Assembly: GCA_052035295.1 (NCBI GenBank)
Contig: JBPOHS010000018.1
Span: 1 to 64,000 of the forward strand
Length of the DNA stretch: 64,000 bases
From: Pseudomonadota bacterium
GTDB lineage: Bacteria > Pseudomonadota > Gammaproteobacteria > Pseudomonadales > Ketobacteraceae
Direction of reading: 5' to 3'
A model generated the notes under the pieces. It was not told the origin of the DNA. It searched no databases and was given only the letters and a program-made list of their open reading frames with translations. Each line of letters begins with the position of its first letter. Position 1 is the stretch's first letter. Positions 1 to 9,156 of this stretch are shown here, piece by piece. The translations under genes were made by a program, and so were the position numbers.

Positions 1-742
1 GCACCGACGTACAACACGTAGAACAGATATTTGCGTTCCCGCACGGTAATGAAAATGAACAGGTTGTAGAGCATCAGCACCACCATGGCGCCGTAATAAA
101 TCCCGTGCAGAATGGCCTGGGTTTGCATGTGCCCGATCAGCGTATGCACTTCCCACAGGGTGGCGGGAACTTGCACGCTGCTGCTCGTCTGTACCCGCAT
201 CGTGACCGTGGTGACGCTTTTGCCACTGAGATCCAGCGGTATGACGAAGTTGCGATGCTGCACCGGGCGTTGTGAATACGGAAACTTGTCGCCGAGTTCA
301 TAGCGGGCGACCAGTTTTCCTTCCCGCTCGACATAAATGTTCAGGTAGTCCAATACCGGATACCCGATTTCAAGAAAGCGGCGCAGGGTGTGGCGTTCCT
401 TGTTTTCGAGGCTGAACGTCAGCCAGTAGGCGGCATCGGTATAGCCAAAACTCATCCCGGTGGCGTTCGGCTTGGAGGAATGCCAGTTGGGTACCGCCCT
501 GGCGTCGGCGTAACTTAGCGTGCCCGACTCATCCACCAGGTATTGCATGCGGGCACCAATGTCCAGCACATGGGTCTGCTGATCCACCATCAGCAACTGG
601 AAGGGGGATTCATCGGTGGTGTCTGCCCATCCTGCCACCGCGCCAAATCCTGCACAGGCGTAGACGAGCCACAGGCAAAAGCTGCGTGTGCTGGCGCTTG
701 TAAACGTGAGCAAATTCAACACGGCCCGGAGTGAGTTCATCA
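1..742 (-). CDS. 7TMR-DISM family receptor, N-terminal part only (extracellular 7TMR-DISMED2-like domain plus start of the 7TM region); the gene runs off the window start
   Basis: Reverse-complement translation from the ATG at 742-740 is open to position 1: MNSLRAVLNLLTFTSAS...VPATLWEV...HGIYYGAMVVLMLYNLFIFITVRERKYLFYVLYVG. The NSVFP-like, YL-x-I/V-K and YG-x-FFG-x-L-x-YNLF blocks are the same ones seen in the three DISM kinases at 32935-42334. The ORF is absent from the supplied track because it is truncated by the window edge. Confidence 0.65.
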
Positions 743-876
743 AAAACGCGGTGGTCCTTCGCTTGAGTGGCTCCCTTAAGTTTAGACGACCTGACGGCAG
801 GCGCCGAAATCTCACACGTTGGGTGCGGGCATTCGTGGGTGCTGGTTTGTACTGGGGATCGTGTTGACGCTGGATG

Positions 877-2100
877 TTACAGGTGGCGAATGACGATCTG
901 GTTGCGTCCCGCAGATTTGGCGCGATACAGCGCGTCGTCGGCGGATTGCAGGAAACGGTCGAGTGACGCCGGGCTGTCCGGGAAACCGGTGACCATGCCG
1001 CCCGAAATCGTGACTTCACTGCTGGCGTCAGAGCCGGCATGGGGAATGTGCAGTTCACTGATATGTTTGCGCACGCTGTCGCCAAGGGTGCCGGCTTCTT
1101 CGGCCGAGGCATCGAACCACAGCAGCAGGAACTCTTCGCCGCCATAGCGTCCGGCAAAGTCGAGCGGGCGTCGGCACGATTCGGTCAGGGCACGGGCCAC
1201 CTGATAGATACAGTGGTCACCCTCGATGTGGCCATACAGATCGTTGTAGCGCTTGAAGTAATCAATATCGACCATCATCAGACACAGGGATTTTTTCTCG
1301 CGTTGGGCGTAATGGAACAGCCGCCCCAGTTTGATGTCGATGGCGCCGCGATTGTAAATCCCTGTCAGGGCATCGGTTTGCGCCAGTGCCGACATGATGC
1401 CTTGCTGCAAGAAACTGTAGCGGGAGTTGTACTCGATGATGTAGCAGCCGGTCGCGCCCACCAGGAAATGGCCGATGATGAAAAACGCCTGGTGCGCCGA
1501 CACGGCCGTGCCCAGCCAGTGCGCCGATGCAAAATAGCTGAGGACAATCAGCAGGTTGCAGGGGATCGCATAGCGCAGCAGTAGTCCGGCCAGCAGGAAC
1601 GACGTCATGATGATGAGGTTGATGCCTTCATACGGCAACACGTCTTGCTGGGTATTGGCCATGACCACGATGGTATTGGTTGCCAGGCCGATGTAGGTCA
1701 GGATGCCAAAGGCTGCCAACTGGAAGTAATGCTTCAGGTTGTCGAGCTGAAACGTCAGATAGAGGGCGAGCAGCATGACCGGGCAGGCAGTGTAGATGCG
1801 TGACCACAGATAAATATCGTGCAGTTCCTCGGGCAGCTTTTGCAGGTCGAGGGGGGCCAGCACCAACAGCAGGGCCACGCCCAGGGCAATCGCTGCACGC
1901 TGGCGCAGCAAGCCGCGCAGGTAAAATACCTCGCGAAATTCTTTTTCGAGCGCACCCTCAAACCGCAGGTGGGTAAAGCCCTGCTCGAACTGTCGTGCGA
2001 AGCGCTGTAAATCGGTTTCGGTCAAGCGGATGCAGGCTCCTGCCCTGAAAGGGGGGACATGGGAATACCATGTCCATTCGATCAGTTTAGTTGGCTTCAT
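877..2100 (-). CDS. membrane-anchored diguanylate cyclase (GGDEF domain; N-terminal multi-TM sensor region)
   Basis: 407-aa ORF. The C-terminal part has RYGGEEFLLL (GGEEF active-site motif) and the DIDYFKRYND and ALYRAKSAGRN blocks typical of GGDEF. The N-terminal roughly 200 aa is hydrophobic. Confidence 0.8.
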   Translation of the reverse strand: MKPTKLIEWTWYSHVPPFRAGACIRLTETDLQRFARQFEQGFTHLRFEGALEKEFREVFYLRGLLRQRAAIALGVALLLVLAPLDLQKLPEELHDIYLWSRIYTACPVMLLALYLTFQLDNLKHYFQLAAFGILTYIGLATNTIVVMANTQQDVLPYEGINLIIMTSFLLAGLLLRYAIPCNLLIVLSYFASAHWLGTAVSAHQAFFIIGHFLVGATGCYIIEYNSRYSFLQQGIMSALAQTDALTGIYNRGAIDIKLGRLFHYAQREKKSLCLMMVDIDYFKRYNDLYGHIEGDHCIYQVARALTESCRRPLDFAGRYGGEEFLLLWFDASAEEAGTLGDSVRKHISELHIPHAGSDASSEVTISGGMVTGFPDSPASLDRFLQSADDALYRAKSAGRNQIVIRHL

Positions 2101-2181
2101 TTGTTCTGTGCGAAATTGCCAAGGGAAAAAATCGTGAGTCGGCTACAATTCACGCTGTCTTAAAAAAGGAGTTGAGAATCA

Positions 2182-3603
2182 ATGACATTCATAGGATTTT
2201 TGGTGGCCGTGCTGGCACTGGCGGGTTTCGTGGTAGTGGGAATGAAGAAAGATGTGCCGGCGGCCGGCCCGATCAAGATCGGGTTATTGGCGCTGGCGGC
2301 GCTCGGGTTTCTGATTGGCATGTTCAAATGGATATTTTTCTATGCCGAGCCGGGCTTCGTTTATCACGTAAGAACCATTACAGGCGAAGAGAAAGTGGTC
2401 TCGGATGTCGGATACAACACCTATCTGTTTGGCCGGGTCAATGCGTGGAAACGCGCCATGACGGTGCAGGCAGTGACCGGTGACATCTCCGACATCAATG
2501 CCGAGAATGACAGTTTCGATACCTCGGCCGTGATCCCACCGCTCAGCATCATGTTCCTGGATCAGGTGGACGCCCATGCCGAAGCCACCGTGCGTTTTGC
2601 CATGCCGACCGAGCGGGAAGCCTTCCTGCATCTGGCACATGAATACCGTACGCCGGAAAACCTGTTGCGCACGGCCTTGCTGCCGGCGTTCAAGGAAACC
2701 ATCCAGGCCACCGCGTCGTTGATGAGTGCCGAAGATTACTATTCGGGCGGTCGTACCGAGTTCAATTCCGAATTCGAACACCAGATGGAAAACGGTATCT
2801 ACGTGGTCAAACGCGAAGAAGTCGTCACCCGCAGCAACCGTAAACAAATGGGCACTGCCAACGTCGCATTGGGCACCCAACAGGAAGAATACGGCGATGA
2901 AACGAAAACGTCTTTCATCGTGCGCAAGGTGACCGACGAAAATGGTCAACCGCTCAAGAAAAAACAGGGCTTCGAGGAATTCGACATCAGTGTGGTGGAT
3001 GCGCGTGTTACCGACATGAAACCCAACCAGAAATTCGTCGAGCGCATGCAGTTGAAACAGAAAGCGTCGGCGGATCGTGCCATTGCCCGTGAGCAGCGCA
3101 TCCAGGAAGAAGAACAGCGTTTGCTGGCCATTGCCAAAGGCGAGCGTGAAGTGGCGGAGCGCCAGGCGCAGGCCAAGGTGTCGCAGATCCAGGCCACTAC
3201 CGAAGCCCAGACCGACAAGCAACTCGCCATTACCGAAGCGCAGAAACTGAAGGAACAGGCCACCATCACGCGTGAAACCGCGCAAATCAACCTGGAAAAA
3301 GCCCGCATCGAAGCTGAAACGCAACGCACGCTGGCAGATGCCGAGTCTTACCAGAAGCGCGTCATTCTTGAGGCTGACAACGCGCTCTCACAAAAACTCG
3401 AAGCCGAAATCCGCATTCAGGAACTGTGGGCAAAAGCCTATGCCAAGCGTCAGGTGCCAACCAACGTGTTTGGCGCGGGTGATAATTCCGGTGTGCCGGT
3501 GGGTGGCGATGGCGAGGTCAAAGCCTTTATGCAAATGCTGACCCTCGACGCCGCCAAGCGCCTCAATTACGAGCGCAACGTAACGCCTGCGAAAGGGCGC
3601 TAA
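2182..3603 (+). CDS. SPFH/band-7 (flotillin/YqiK-like) membrane protein with a long Ala/Gln/Glu-rich coiled coil
   Basis: The AAGGAG RBS sits 7 nt upstream of the ATG. There are two N-terminal TM helices, followed by an SPFH-like region and then an extended EA/QA-rich helical segment (AREQRIQEEEQRLLAIAKGEREVAERQAQAK...). Confidence 0.5.
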   Translation: MTFIGFLVAVLALAGFVVVGMKKDVPAAGPIKIGLLALAALGFLIGMFKWIFFYAEPGFVYHVRTITGEEKVVSDVGYNTYLFGRVNAWKRAMTVQAVTGDISDINAENDSFDTSAVIPPLSIMFLDQVDAHAEATVRFAMPTEREAFLHLAHEYRTPENLLRTALLPAFKETIQATASLMSAEDYYSGGRTEFNSEFEHQMENGIYVVKREEVVTRSNRKQMGTANVALGTQQEEYGDETKTSFIVRKVTDENGQPLKKKQGFEEFDISVVDARVTDMKPNQKFVERMQLKQKASADRAIAREQRIQEEEQRLLAIAKGEREVAERQAQAKVSQIQATTEAQTDKQLAITEAQKLKEQATITRETAQINLEKARIEAETQRTLADAESYQKRVILEADNALSQKLEAEIRIQELWAKAYAKRQVPTNVFGAGDNSGVPVGGDGEVKAFMQMLTLDAAKRLNYERNVTPAKGR

Positions 3604-3607
3604 CGAC

Positions 3608-4300
3608 ATGAGTGAGTCGCAGCCGCTGGTGGCCGTTTTCGAGCACGAGGATTTCTGGGTGGTGAACAAGCCCCCGGGCATGTCCGTGCAGGAAAGCCAC
3701 CACGGCCCGGGGGTGTTGGCGGAACTCAAGGCGGTGCACGGGGGCGCGTTTTTCCCTGTGCATCGTCTCGATGCCGGCACCTCGGGGTTGCTGCTGGTGG
3801 CCCGTACGGCGGCAGCGAATTCCACGTTGTCGCAGTTGTTTCAGGCTCGTCAGGTGGAAAAGTATTATCTCGCGCTGTCTTCCCGCAAGCCCGAGAAAAA
3901 GCAGGGTACGATTGCCGGTGACATGGAGAAAAGCCGTCGCGGCGCTTGGAAACTCCTGCACACACGCAACCAGCCTGCCGTGACGCAATTCTTCAGCAAG
4001 GGGATCGGTGGTCAACGCCTGTTCCTGCTCAAACCCCTCACCGGAAAAACCCATCAAATCCGGGTGGCGCTCAAGAGTATTGGCGCGCCCATTCTGGGGG
4101 ATGATGCGTATTCCGGTGAGCCTGCCGATCGCCTTTACCTGCATGCGTATGCCTTGGGATTTGACTATCAAGGGCAAGCCTACCGCTTTGCCTGTCTCCC
4201 CGAAGCGACTGTCGCTTTTGCGTGTTTTTCCGATGCCGAGGTGATCGAATGGGTGCAGGCACCCTGGGATAAACCGTGGCCAGCCCACGGCCGTTCGTGA
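3608..4300 (+). CDS. RluA-family pseudouridine synthase (TruC/RluA-like)
   Basis: The HRLDAGTSGLLLVA catalytic-Asp motif and the upstream FWVVNKPPGMSV block are present. The protein is 230 aa. Its start lies 4 nt after the stop of the preceding gene. Confidence 0.8.
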   Translation: MSESQPLVAVFEHEDFWVVNKPPGMSVQESHHGPGVLAELKAVHGGAFFPVHRLDAGTSGLLLVARTAAANSTLSQLFQARQVEKYYLALSSRKPEKKQGTIAGDMEKSRRGAWKLLHTRNQPAVTQFFSKGIGGQRLFLLKPLTGKTHQIRVALKSIGAPILGDDAYSGEPADRLYLHAYALGFDYQGQAYRFACLPEATVAFACFSDAEVIEWVQAPWDKPWPAHGRS

Positions 4301-4369
4301 ATCTGCTTTCCGCCTGCATAGCACTGTTGCACAATGCCTCGTTCGAGAGGCCGCAAGTGAGCGTGTTCC

Positions 4370-4981
4370 ATGTCTGACATTGAAGTAGCTGATGTTGTTG
4401 TCACCACCCTGTCTGGCGATGCCATCGAGCCCTGGATGTCGGCGTTGGCACGTTTGCGAATCCGGGTGTTTCGCGAATTTCCATACCTTTACGAAGGCAC
4501 CGAAGCCTACGAAGAGAAGTATTTGCGCGCGTATGCCGCGTCGCATCGCAGCCTCTTTGTGCTGGCGTTATTGGGTGATGAGGTGATGGGCGTATCGACC
4601 GCGATTCCGCTGGAAGATGCCGAACCGGTCTTTCGTGAACCGTTTGTGGCGCGCGGCATCGATCCGGCGACGGTGCTTTATTTTGGTGAATCGGTACTCG
4701 CGCCGGAATGTCGCGGAAAGGGGCTGGGTCACCGCTTCTTTGACGCGCGCGAGGCCTATGCACGCGCCATCGGCAGGTCGATTACCAGTTTCTGTGCCGT
4801 GGAACGCCCTGAGGATCACCCGGCGAAACCCGTCGGTTATCGTCCCCTGCATGCTTTCTGGACGCAGCGGGGCTATGTGTATCAGCCAGACATGCACATC
4901 GAGTATTCCTGGCTGGACGTGGGGGACACCGACGAAACCCTCAAACCGATGCGATTCTGGTTACGACGAAACAATTCCTGA
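4370..4981 (+). CDS. GNAT-family N-acetyltransferase
   Basis: 203 aa. It carries an RGKGLGHRFF motif A-like acetyl-CoA binding segment. Confidence 0.5.
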   Translation: MSDIEVADVVVTTLSGDAIEPWMSALARLRIRVFREFPYLYEGTEAYEEKYLRAYAASHRSLFVLALLGDEVMGVSTAIPLEDAEPVFREPFVARGIDPATVLYFGESVLAPECRGKGLGHRFFDAREAYARAIGRSITSFCAVERPEDHPAKPVGYRPLHAFWTQRGYVYQPDMHIEYSWLDVGDTDETLKPMRFWLRRNNS

Positions 4982-4989
4982 CATAAGGG

Positions 4990-5745
4990 TTGATCATGGC
5001 AGTGCTCTGGCATCGCAAACAAGGCGGTACCACCTATGAAGTGCGTTCTGCCGGGCGCAGCGTGCGCTTGTATGAAAATGGCATCCTGCATTCGCAGGTA
5101 CATCCGGAGCGGGTGTTTGTTGGCAGCGTCTGGGATTTGCTGACCTTGCCGGCACTGATGATGCCAACCGGCAGTCTCAAGCGTGTCCTGATGCTGGGCG
5201 TGGGAGGCGGGGTGGTGATCCATCAGCTGCAGCGTTTACTGGGGCCGCTGGAGATTACCGGGGTTGAATTGAATCCCTTGCATATCAAACTGGCGAAACG
5301 TTTTTTTGGCCTGGATACCAGCAAGGCAAATATTGTGCAGGCCGAGGCGGGGCAATTCGTGCGGGACTACGACGGCCCACCGTTTGATCTGATTGTCGAT
5401 GATATTTTTGCCGAAAAAGATGGCGAGCCGGCGCGGGCGATTGCTGCCGATGATGAATGGTGCCGTTTGTTGTTGTCGCGTTTGTCGCCGCAGGGTGCGT
5501 TGGTGACGAATTTCGTGTCGGTGAAGGAGTTTCGCTGTAGTGCGTTGTCGTCGGCGCGGGTGGGGCAGTGGCCGTATGCGAGTGCTTATAGTTTTTCGAC
5601 GCCGTTTTGCGACAATATCATCAGTGCTTATTTTCTGGCGCCGGTGCCTGATGGTTTGTTGCAATTGCGGTTGGCGGAGCATCCGTTGTGTCGGAAGAAA
5701 AGCGTGATGAATCAGTTGCGTTATCGGGCGCGAAAGGTCAAGTGA
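4990..5745 (+). CDS. spermidine-synthase-like class I methyltransferase-fold protein
   Basis: It has a VLMLGVGGGVVIHQL glycine-rich loop and an ITGVELNP...FDLIVDD arrangement typical of PABS/MTase folds. The protein is 251 aa. Confidence 0.45.
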   Translation: MIMAVLWHRKQGGTTYEVRSAGRSVRLYENGILHSQVHPERVFVGSVWDLLTLPALMMPTGSLKRVLMLGVGGGVVIHQLQRLLGPLEITGVELNPLHIKLAKRFFGLDTSKANIVQAEAGQFVRDYDGPPFDLIVDDIFAEKDGEPARAIAADDEWCRLLLSRLSPQGALVTNFVSVKEFRCSALSSARVGQWPYASAYSFSTPFCDNIISAYFLAPVPDGLLQLRLAEHPLCRKKSVMNQLRYRARKVK

Positions 5746-5825
5746 TCGCTTCGTTGATCTTTGCCAAGCAATCCTGAAGCGAAAATCGCCCCGTGCTTAA
5801 TCTGTTGGAAGCAACCTCAAAAACA

Positions 5826-6953
5826 TTATTTTGCCAGGCGTATCAACTTGAAACTCTTGTTGCGCGCGAATATCTCGACCTGGCGAAAAAATCCCGCCGC
5901 CTTCTGCTCCAGTGGAACGAACTGGTTCACCACGAATAATGCCTGGCCTGAGGATTTCAGCAGGCGGCGTGTCTGTTCGAGGAATCGGTCGGTCATTTCG
6001 CCGCTGGTGCTGAAGCCCTGGTGAAAGGGTGGATTGCAGATAATCGTGTCGAAGGTTTCCTGCACGCTTCTGGCGCAATTGTCTGCAACGACGCTGCCCC
6101 TATCGACGCCATTGCGGGAAAAATTGTATCGGCAGCTGGCGAGCGCAGCGGCATTGTTGTCGGTGGCCAGGATTTTTTCGGGTTTGAAACGCGATACCTG
6201 CAGGGCGAGATAGCCGTAGCCGCAACCCAGATCAAGAACGCTGCCCGGCGCCTTGTGGGCGAAGCATTCGCTGAAATGCCCGGCGAGGTACTGGCTGCCT
6301 TGATCGATTTTGTCCCAGCCGAACTGGCCGGGTTTGCTGAAAAAACAGAGACCATGCTCTTCGCCGATCTGGCGGATATGGGGGTAGTCCTTGTCGTCGA
6401 GCGGGGATGCGTCGGCGTATTCCGGTTGTTTCTGCAGGACGGCCATACGGGTGCTTTGTTCACCGTTCTGCTGTGACATGACCTGGCCGAGGTATTCACT
6501 GGCCTTCTCGATATACGTCTTGATGCCCTCCTGCTTGCCGCCAATCAGGATCAGCTGACCGTCATCGGAAAGCACCTGCTTGCATGCGTTGATAATGTGG
6601 TGCACCAGTGCCTTTTCTTTCGAGATGCGGTAAATCACCGTGTGAAAGGTCGTGTCCGGGCAGGTGTTCCCGAGGTTCGACAGTTCCATGTCGCTGAACA
6701 GTGCGTGCAAGCCCGCTTGATGGGCTTCAAGGTAACTGTCATAGCGATTGCTGACGATGATAACGTCGCGATTGCCCTCCCGGAGCCTGCGTGAGGGTGT
6801 CGCGATGTGTTCGTCGACGATCCACAGAACCGGACCTTTGGCTTGCGCCAGGGCCTGACTCAATAACGGCGCGCAGGGATCTTCGGGCAGTGGGGCGCGT
6901 GGCATGGCGGTAGTCAGCGGGGTGTTGCCAGGCGCCCGAGGTTTTTTGCTCAT
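5826..6953 (-). CDS. rRNA (guanine-N2)-methyltransferase, RsmC/RlmG family
   Basis: The C-terminal MTase domain has VLDLGCGYGYLAL and the NPPFH catalytic motif. The N-terminal half is the degenerate MTase-like domain typical of RsmC/RlmG. The start is ambiguous: MSKK at 6953, a TTG/ATG at 6980, or MPRAP at 6905. It lies adjacent to rsuA. Confidence 0.7.
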   Translation of the reverse strand: MSKKPRAPGNTPLTTAMPRAPLPEDPCAPLLSQALAQAKGPVLWIVDEHIATPSRRLREGNRDVIIVSNRYDSYLEAHQAGLHALFSDMELSNLGNTCPDTTFHTVIYRISKEKALVHHIINACKQVLSDDGQLILIGGKQEGIKTYIEKASEYLGQVMSQQNGEQSTRMAVLQKQPEYADASPLDDKDYPHIRQIGEEHGLCFFSKPGQFGWDKIDQGSQYLAGHFSECFAHKAPGSVLDLGCGYGYLALQVSRFKPEKILATDNNAAALASCRYNFSRNGVDRGSVVADNCARSVQETFDTIICNPPFHQGFSTSGEMTDRFLEQTRRLLKSSGQALFVVNQFVPLEQKAAGFFRQVEIFARNKSFKLIRLAK

Positions 6954-6963
6954 GCGCTTTTCC

Positions 6964-7707
6964 TCATGCCCTTGTCTCATGTGCTTTCTTCATGTTTTGG
7001 GGGCCGCCATGAAGACTGGCCACTTCGGCGTCGGTGAGGTGTCGGTAGTGGCCTTCCGGCAGATTCGCGTCGAGCGTGACTTGGCCGATGGCGAAACGGT
7101 GCAAGGCGGTGACCCTGTTGCCCATGGCGCCGAACATGCGTTTTACCTGGTGATAACGGCCTTCCTGCAGGGTGAGGTTGGCGTGGTGGGCGTCGATGAT
7201 TTCCAGCGCGGCCGGAAGCGTGGGCTTGTCGTCGCCTTCCAGCAGCATGCTGTCGGCAAAACGGGCCACATAATGCGATTCAATCGGGTCGGCGGTCGTG
7301 ACGAAGTAGTGTTTGGGTTGCTTGTGGCGTGGAGACGTCACGCGATGTGACCATTCGCCATCGTTGGTGAGCAGCACGAGGCCTGTGGTGTCGATGTCGA
7401 GACGTCCAGCAACGTGCAGGTCATAGCGCCAGGGTTCGTCGATGAGGTCGAGCACGGTCCGATGGATGCCATCTTCGGTGGCACAGACTACCCCGACGGG
7501 CTTGTGCAGAAGAATGTAAAGGGGGCGTGACGGTGTGAGTAACTCACCCTGGTAGCGAACCTCGTCGGTGTCATTGACTTTGGCGGCAGCGTCGCGGGCA
7601 ATGGCACCGTTGATGGTCACTTCGCCGGCCAGGATGGCTTTGCGGGCCATGGAGCGGCTGAGCGGGGTCAGGCCACCGAGAAATTTATCCAATCGTTCGC
7701 GGCTCAC
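6964..7707 (-). CDS. rsuA: 16S rRNA pseudouridine(516) synthase RsuA
   Basis: An N-terminal S4 domain (MSRERLDKFLGG...) is followed by HVAGRLDIDTTGLVLLTNDG and EGRYHQVKRMF, which matches the E. coli RsuA blocks. Confidence 0.8.
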   Translation of the reverse strand: MSRERLDKFLGGLTPLSRSMARKAILAGEVTINGAIARDAAAKVNDTDEVRYQGELLTPSRPLYILLHKPVGVVCATEDGIHRTVLDLIDEPWRYDLHVAGRLDIDTTGLVLLTNDGEWSHRVTSPRHKQPKHYFVTTADPIESHYVARFADSMLLEGDDKPTLPAALEIIDAHHANLTLQEGRYHQVKRMFGAMGNRVTALHRFAIGQVTLDANLPEGHYRHLTDAEVASLHGGPQNMKKAHETRA

Positions 7708-7811
7708 GGGGTTTCCTGTGCTTGGGGAGAGTGGCGCTCGAATGGCGGCGCGCCTGGCCGCCCATTCTATTGCGCTCTGTCCCGACAGGAAACCCGTGTG
7801 TCGCGCAAACC

Positions 7812-8480
7812 TCAGGCGTCTTCGTCGTCTTCATGATCGAGCAGGGCTTCCATGCGTCTGCGGCGCAGGAAATACAGCAGCCCCAGTCCACCTATCCCAC
7901 CGAAGCCCCAGCTGCCGCCGGCACTGTCTTCTGCGTAATGGTGTTCTTCGGTGTAGGTCTCGCCATAGCTGTCGGAATCGTAGAACTGGCCTTCCAGCGG
8001 AATGGGTTCCTGGGCGCTGGTAACCAGTGTGTCGAGGTGTCCACTGCAGCAGGCATCGTACAAGTCGATACGCAGGCGGAAGTGATCGGCCGGGTAGTCA
8101 TCCATCAGGGTGATCATGTGGCTCTGGGCATCACTGTTGGAGTCGCCGTCGATGTAGAACGTCGGGCTGGTAAACAACTCGTGCAGGTTGCCGTTGCCGT
8201 CGACCAGTGACACCACGGTGTAGGCGTAAAGGCCGTAATCCGACAGGTCGTCGGCATCGTAGGTGACTTCGAAACGTGAATAATGCCCGTCGTGATCGTA
8301 GTCATCCAGCAGGTTGATTTCGGCTTCGTAAACGCTGATACCGTTGCTGGCGGAACGCGCGCTGTTCTGCGTCGGCTCCTGATACAGTTTGAATGTCGTC
8401 TGGGGAGTGCTTTCAGCAAAGGTCATTCCACTCATCAGGGTGAGCGAGGCGGCAGCAACAAAAGCTTTCAGGGTGTTCAT
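7812..8480 (-). CDS. secreted acidic low-complexity protein with a GlyGly-CTERM-like C-terminal tail
   Basis: There is a GGAGA RBS and a signal peptide (MNTLKAFVAAASLTLMSGMTFAES). The body is rich in Asp, Tyr and Gly, with D-x-D/DG repeats. The tail is GGSWGFGGIGGLGLLYFLRRRR followed by 13 acidic residues. Confidence 0.5.
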   Translation of the reverse strand: MNTLKAFVAAASLTLMSGMTFAESTPQTTFKLYQEPTQNSARSASNGISVYEAEINLLDDYDHDGHYSRFEVTYDADDLSDYGLYAYTVVSLVDGNGNLHELFTSPTFYIDGDSNSDAQSHMITLMDDYPADHFRLRIDLYDACCSGHLDTLVTSAQEPIPLEGQFYDSDSYGETYTEEHHYAEDSAGGSWGFGGIGGLGLLYFLRRRRMEALLDHEDDEDA

Positions 8481-8642
8481 GAAGAGTCTCCAGGTTGACC
8501 CCTTTATTTCGCGCTTTCCCGCATTAATCGTTCCTGAATGTTATGCCGTGAAAGTGTTCAGGAAACGTTCAGTGCTTTTTTCATAGACTGTATTCGTGTT
8601 GTAAACCCATGCATCTTGGTAAAAGACGAAGGAGCGAGTGTC

Positions 8643-9044
8643 ATGAGCACTCAGTTTGGCAAGTGGTTACTGGCGGGTGTGGTGGCGGTGTCGGCAACGA
8701 TGGCGAACCAGAGCGCGCAGGCTTATGGCGATGGCACCGCAGAAGCGATGGTGACCGGCTTGGCCATTGGCGCGGTGGCTGCGACGCTGGTGAGAGATGA
8801 CACGCACCATCACGATCGTCACACTACCTATCGTGAAGTGCATCACTACTATGATGAGCCACGTTATCACCGGCACGACAGGTACTGTGGTCATCGGGTG
8901 CGCGTCGACCATTATTATGGTGGCGGCCATCATCACGGCCATCGTGGTTGGGATCGCTATGATGATCATGGTGGTCATCACGGCGGCCACCACGGCGGAG
9001 GACACTATGATCGTGGACGCTCGGTGATCGTAAACCATTTTTAA
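8643..9044 (+). CDS. secreted His/Tyr/Arg/Asp/Gly-rich low-complexity protein (putative metal-binding)
   Basis: The AAGGAG RBS lies 8 nt upstream of ATG 8643. The track ORF starts at 8538 but has no RBS there. There is a signal peptide (MSTQFGKWLLAGVVAVSATMANQSAQA). The mature part is dominated by H, Y, R, D and G (HHHDRH..., GGGHHHGHRGW, DDHGGHHGGHHGGGHYDRG). Confidence 0.55.
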   Translation: MSTQFGKWLLAGVVAVSATMANQSAQAYGDGTAEAMVTGLAIGAVAATLVRDDTHHHDRHTTYREVHHYYDEPRYHRHDRYCGHRVRVDHYYGGGHHHGHRGWDRYDDHGGHHGGHHGGGHYDRGRSVIVNHF

Positions 9045-9080
9045 TAAGGTCCTGAAGCTTTCAACCAGGCCTTCCGTTCA

Positions 9081-9112
9081 GGCGCTGGCCCGCGTGGCCA
9101 GCGCCTTTTTTT
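9081..9112 (+). terminator. rho-independent terminator after the His-rich protein gene
   Basis: A perfect 10-bp stem, GGCGCTGGCC-cgcgt-GGCCAGCGCC, is followed by TTTTTTT. Confidence 0.6.
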
Positions 9113-9156
9113 ATGATTTTTCAGAGGGTTTTCGGAAATCTGAACAGCGGTGCGAA

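Noticed and set aside
2284-3324. 346-aa minus-strand ORF antisense to the SPFH/flotillin-like gene
   Set aside because: It is an antisense artefact with no RBS. The sense-strand gene has strong RBS and domain support.
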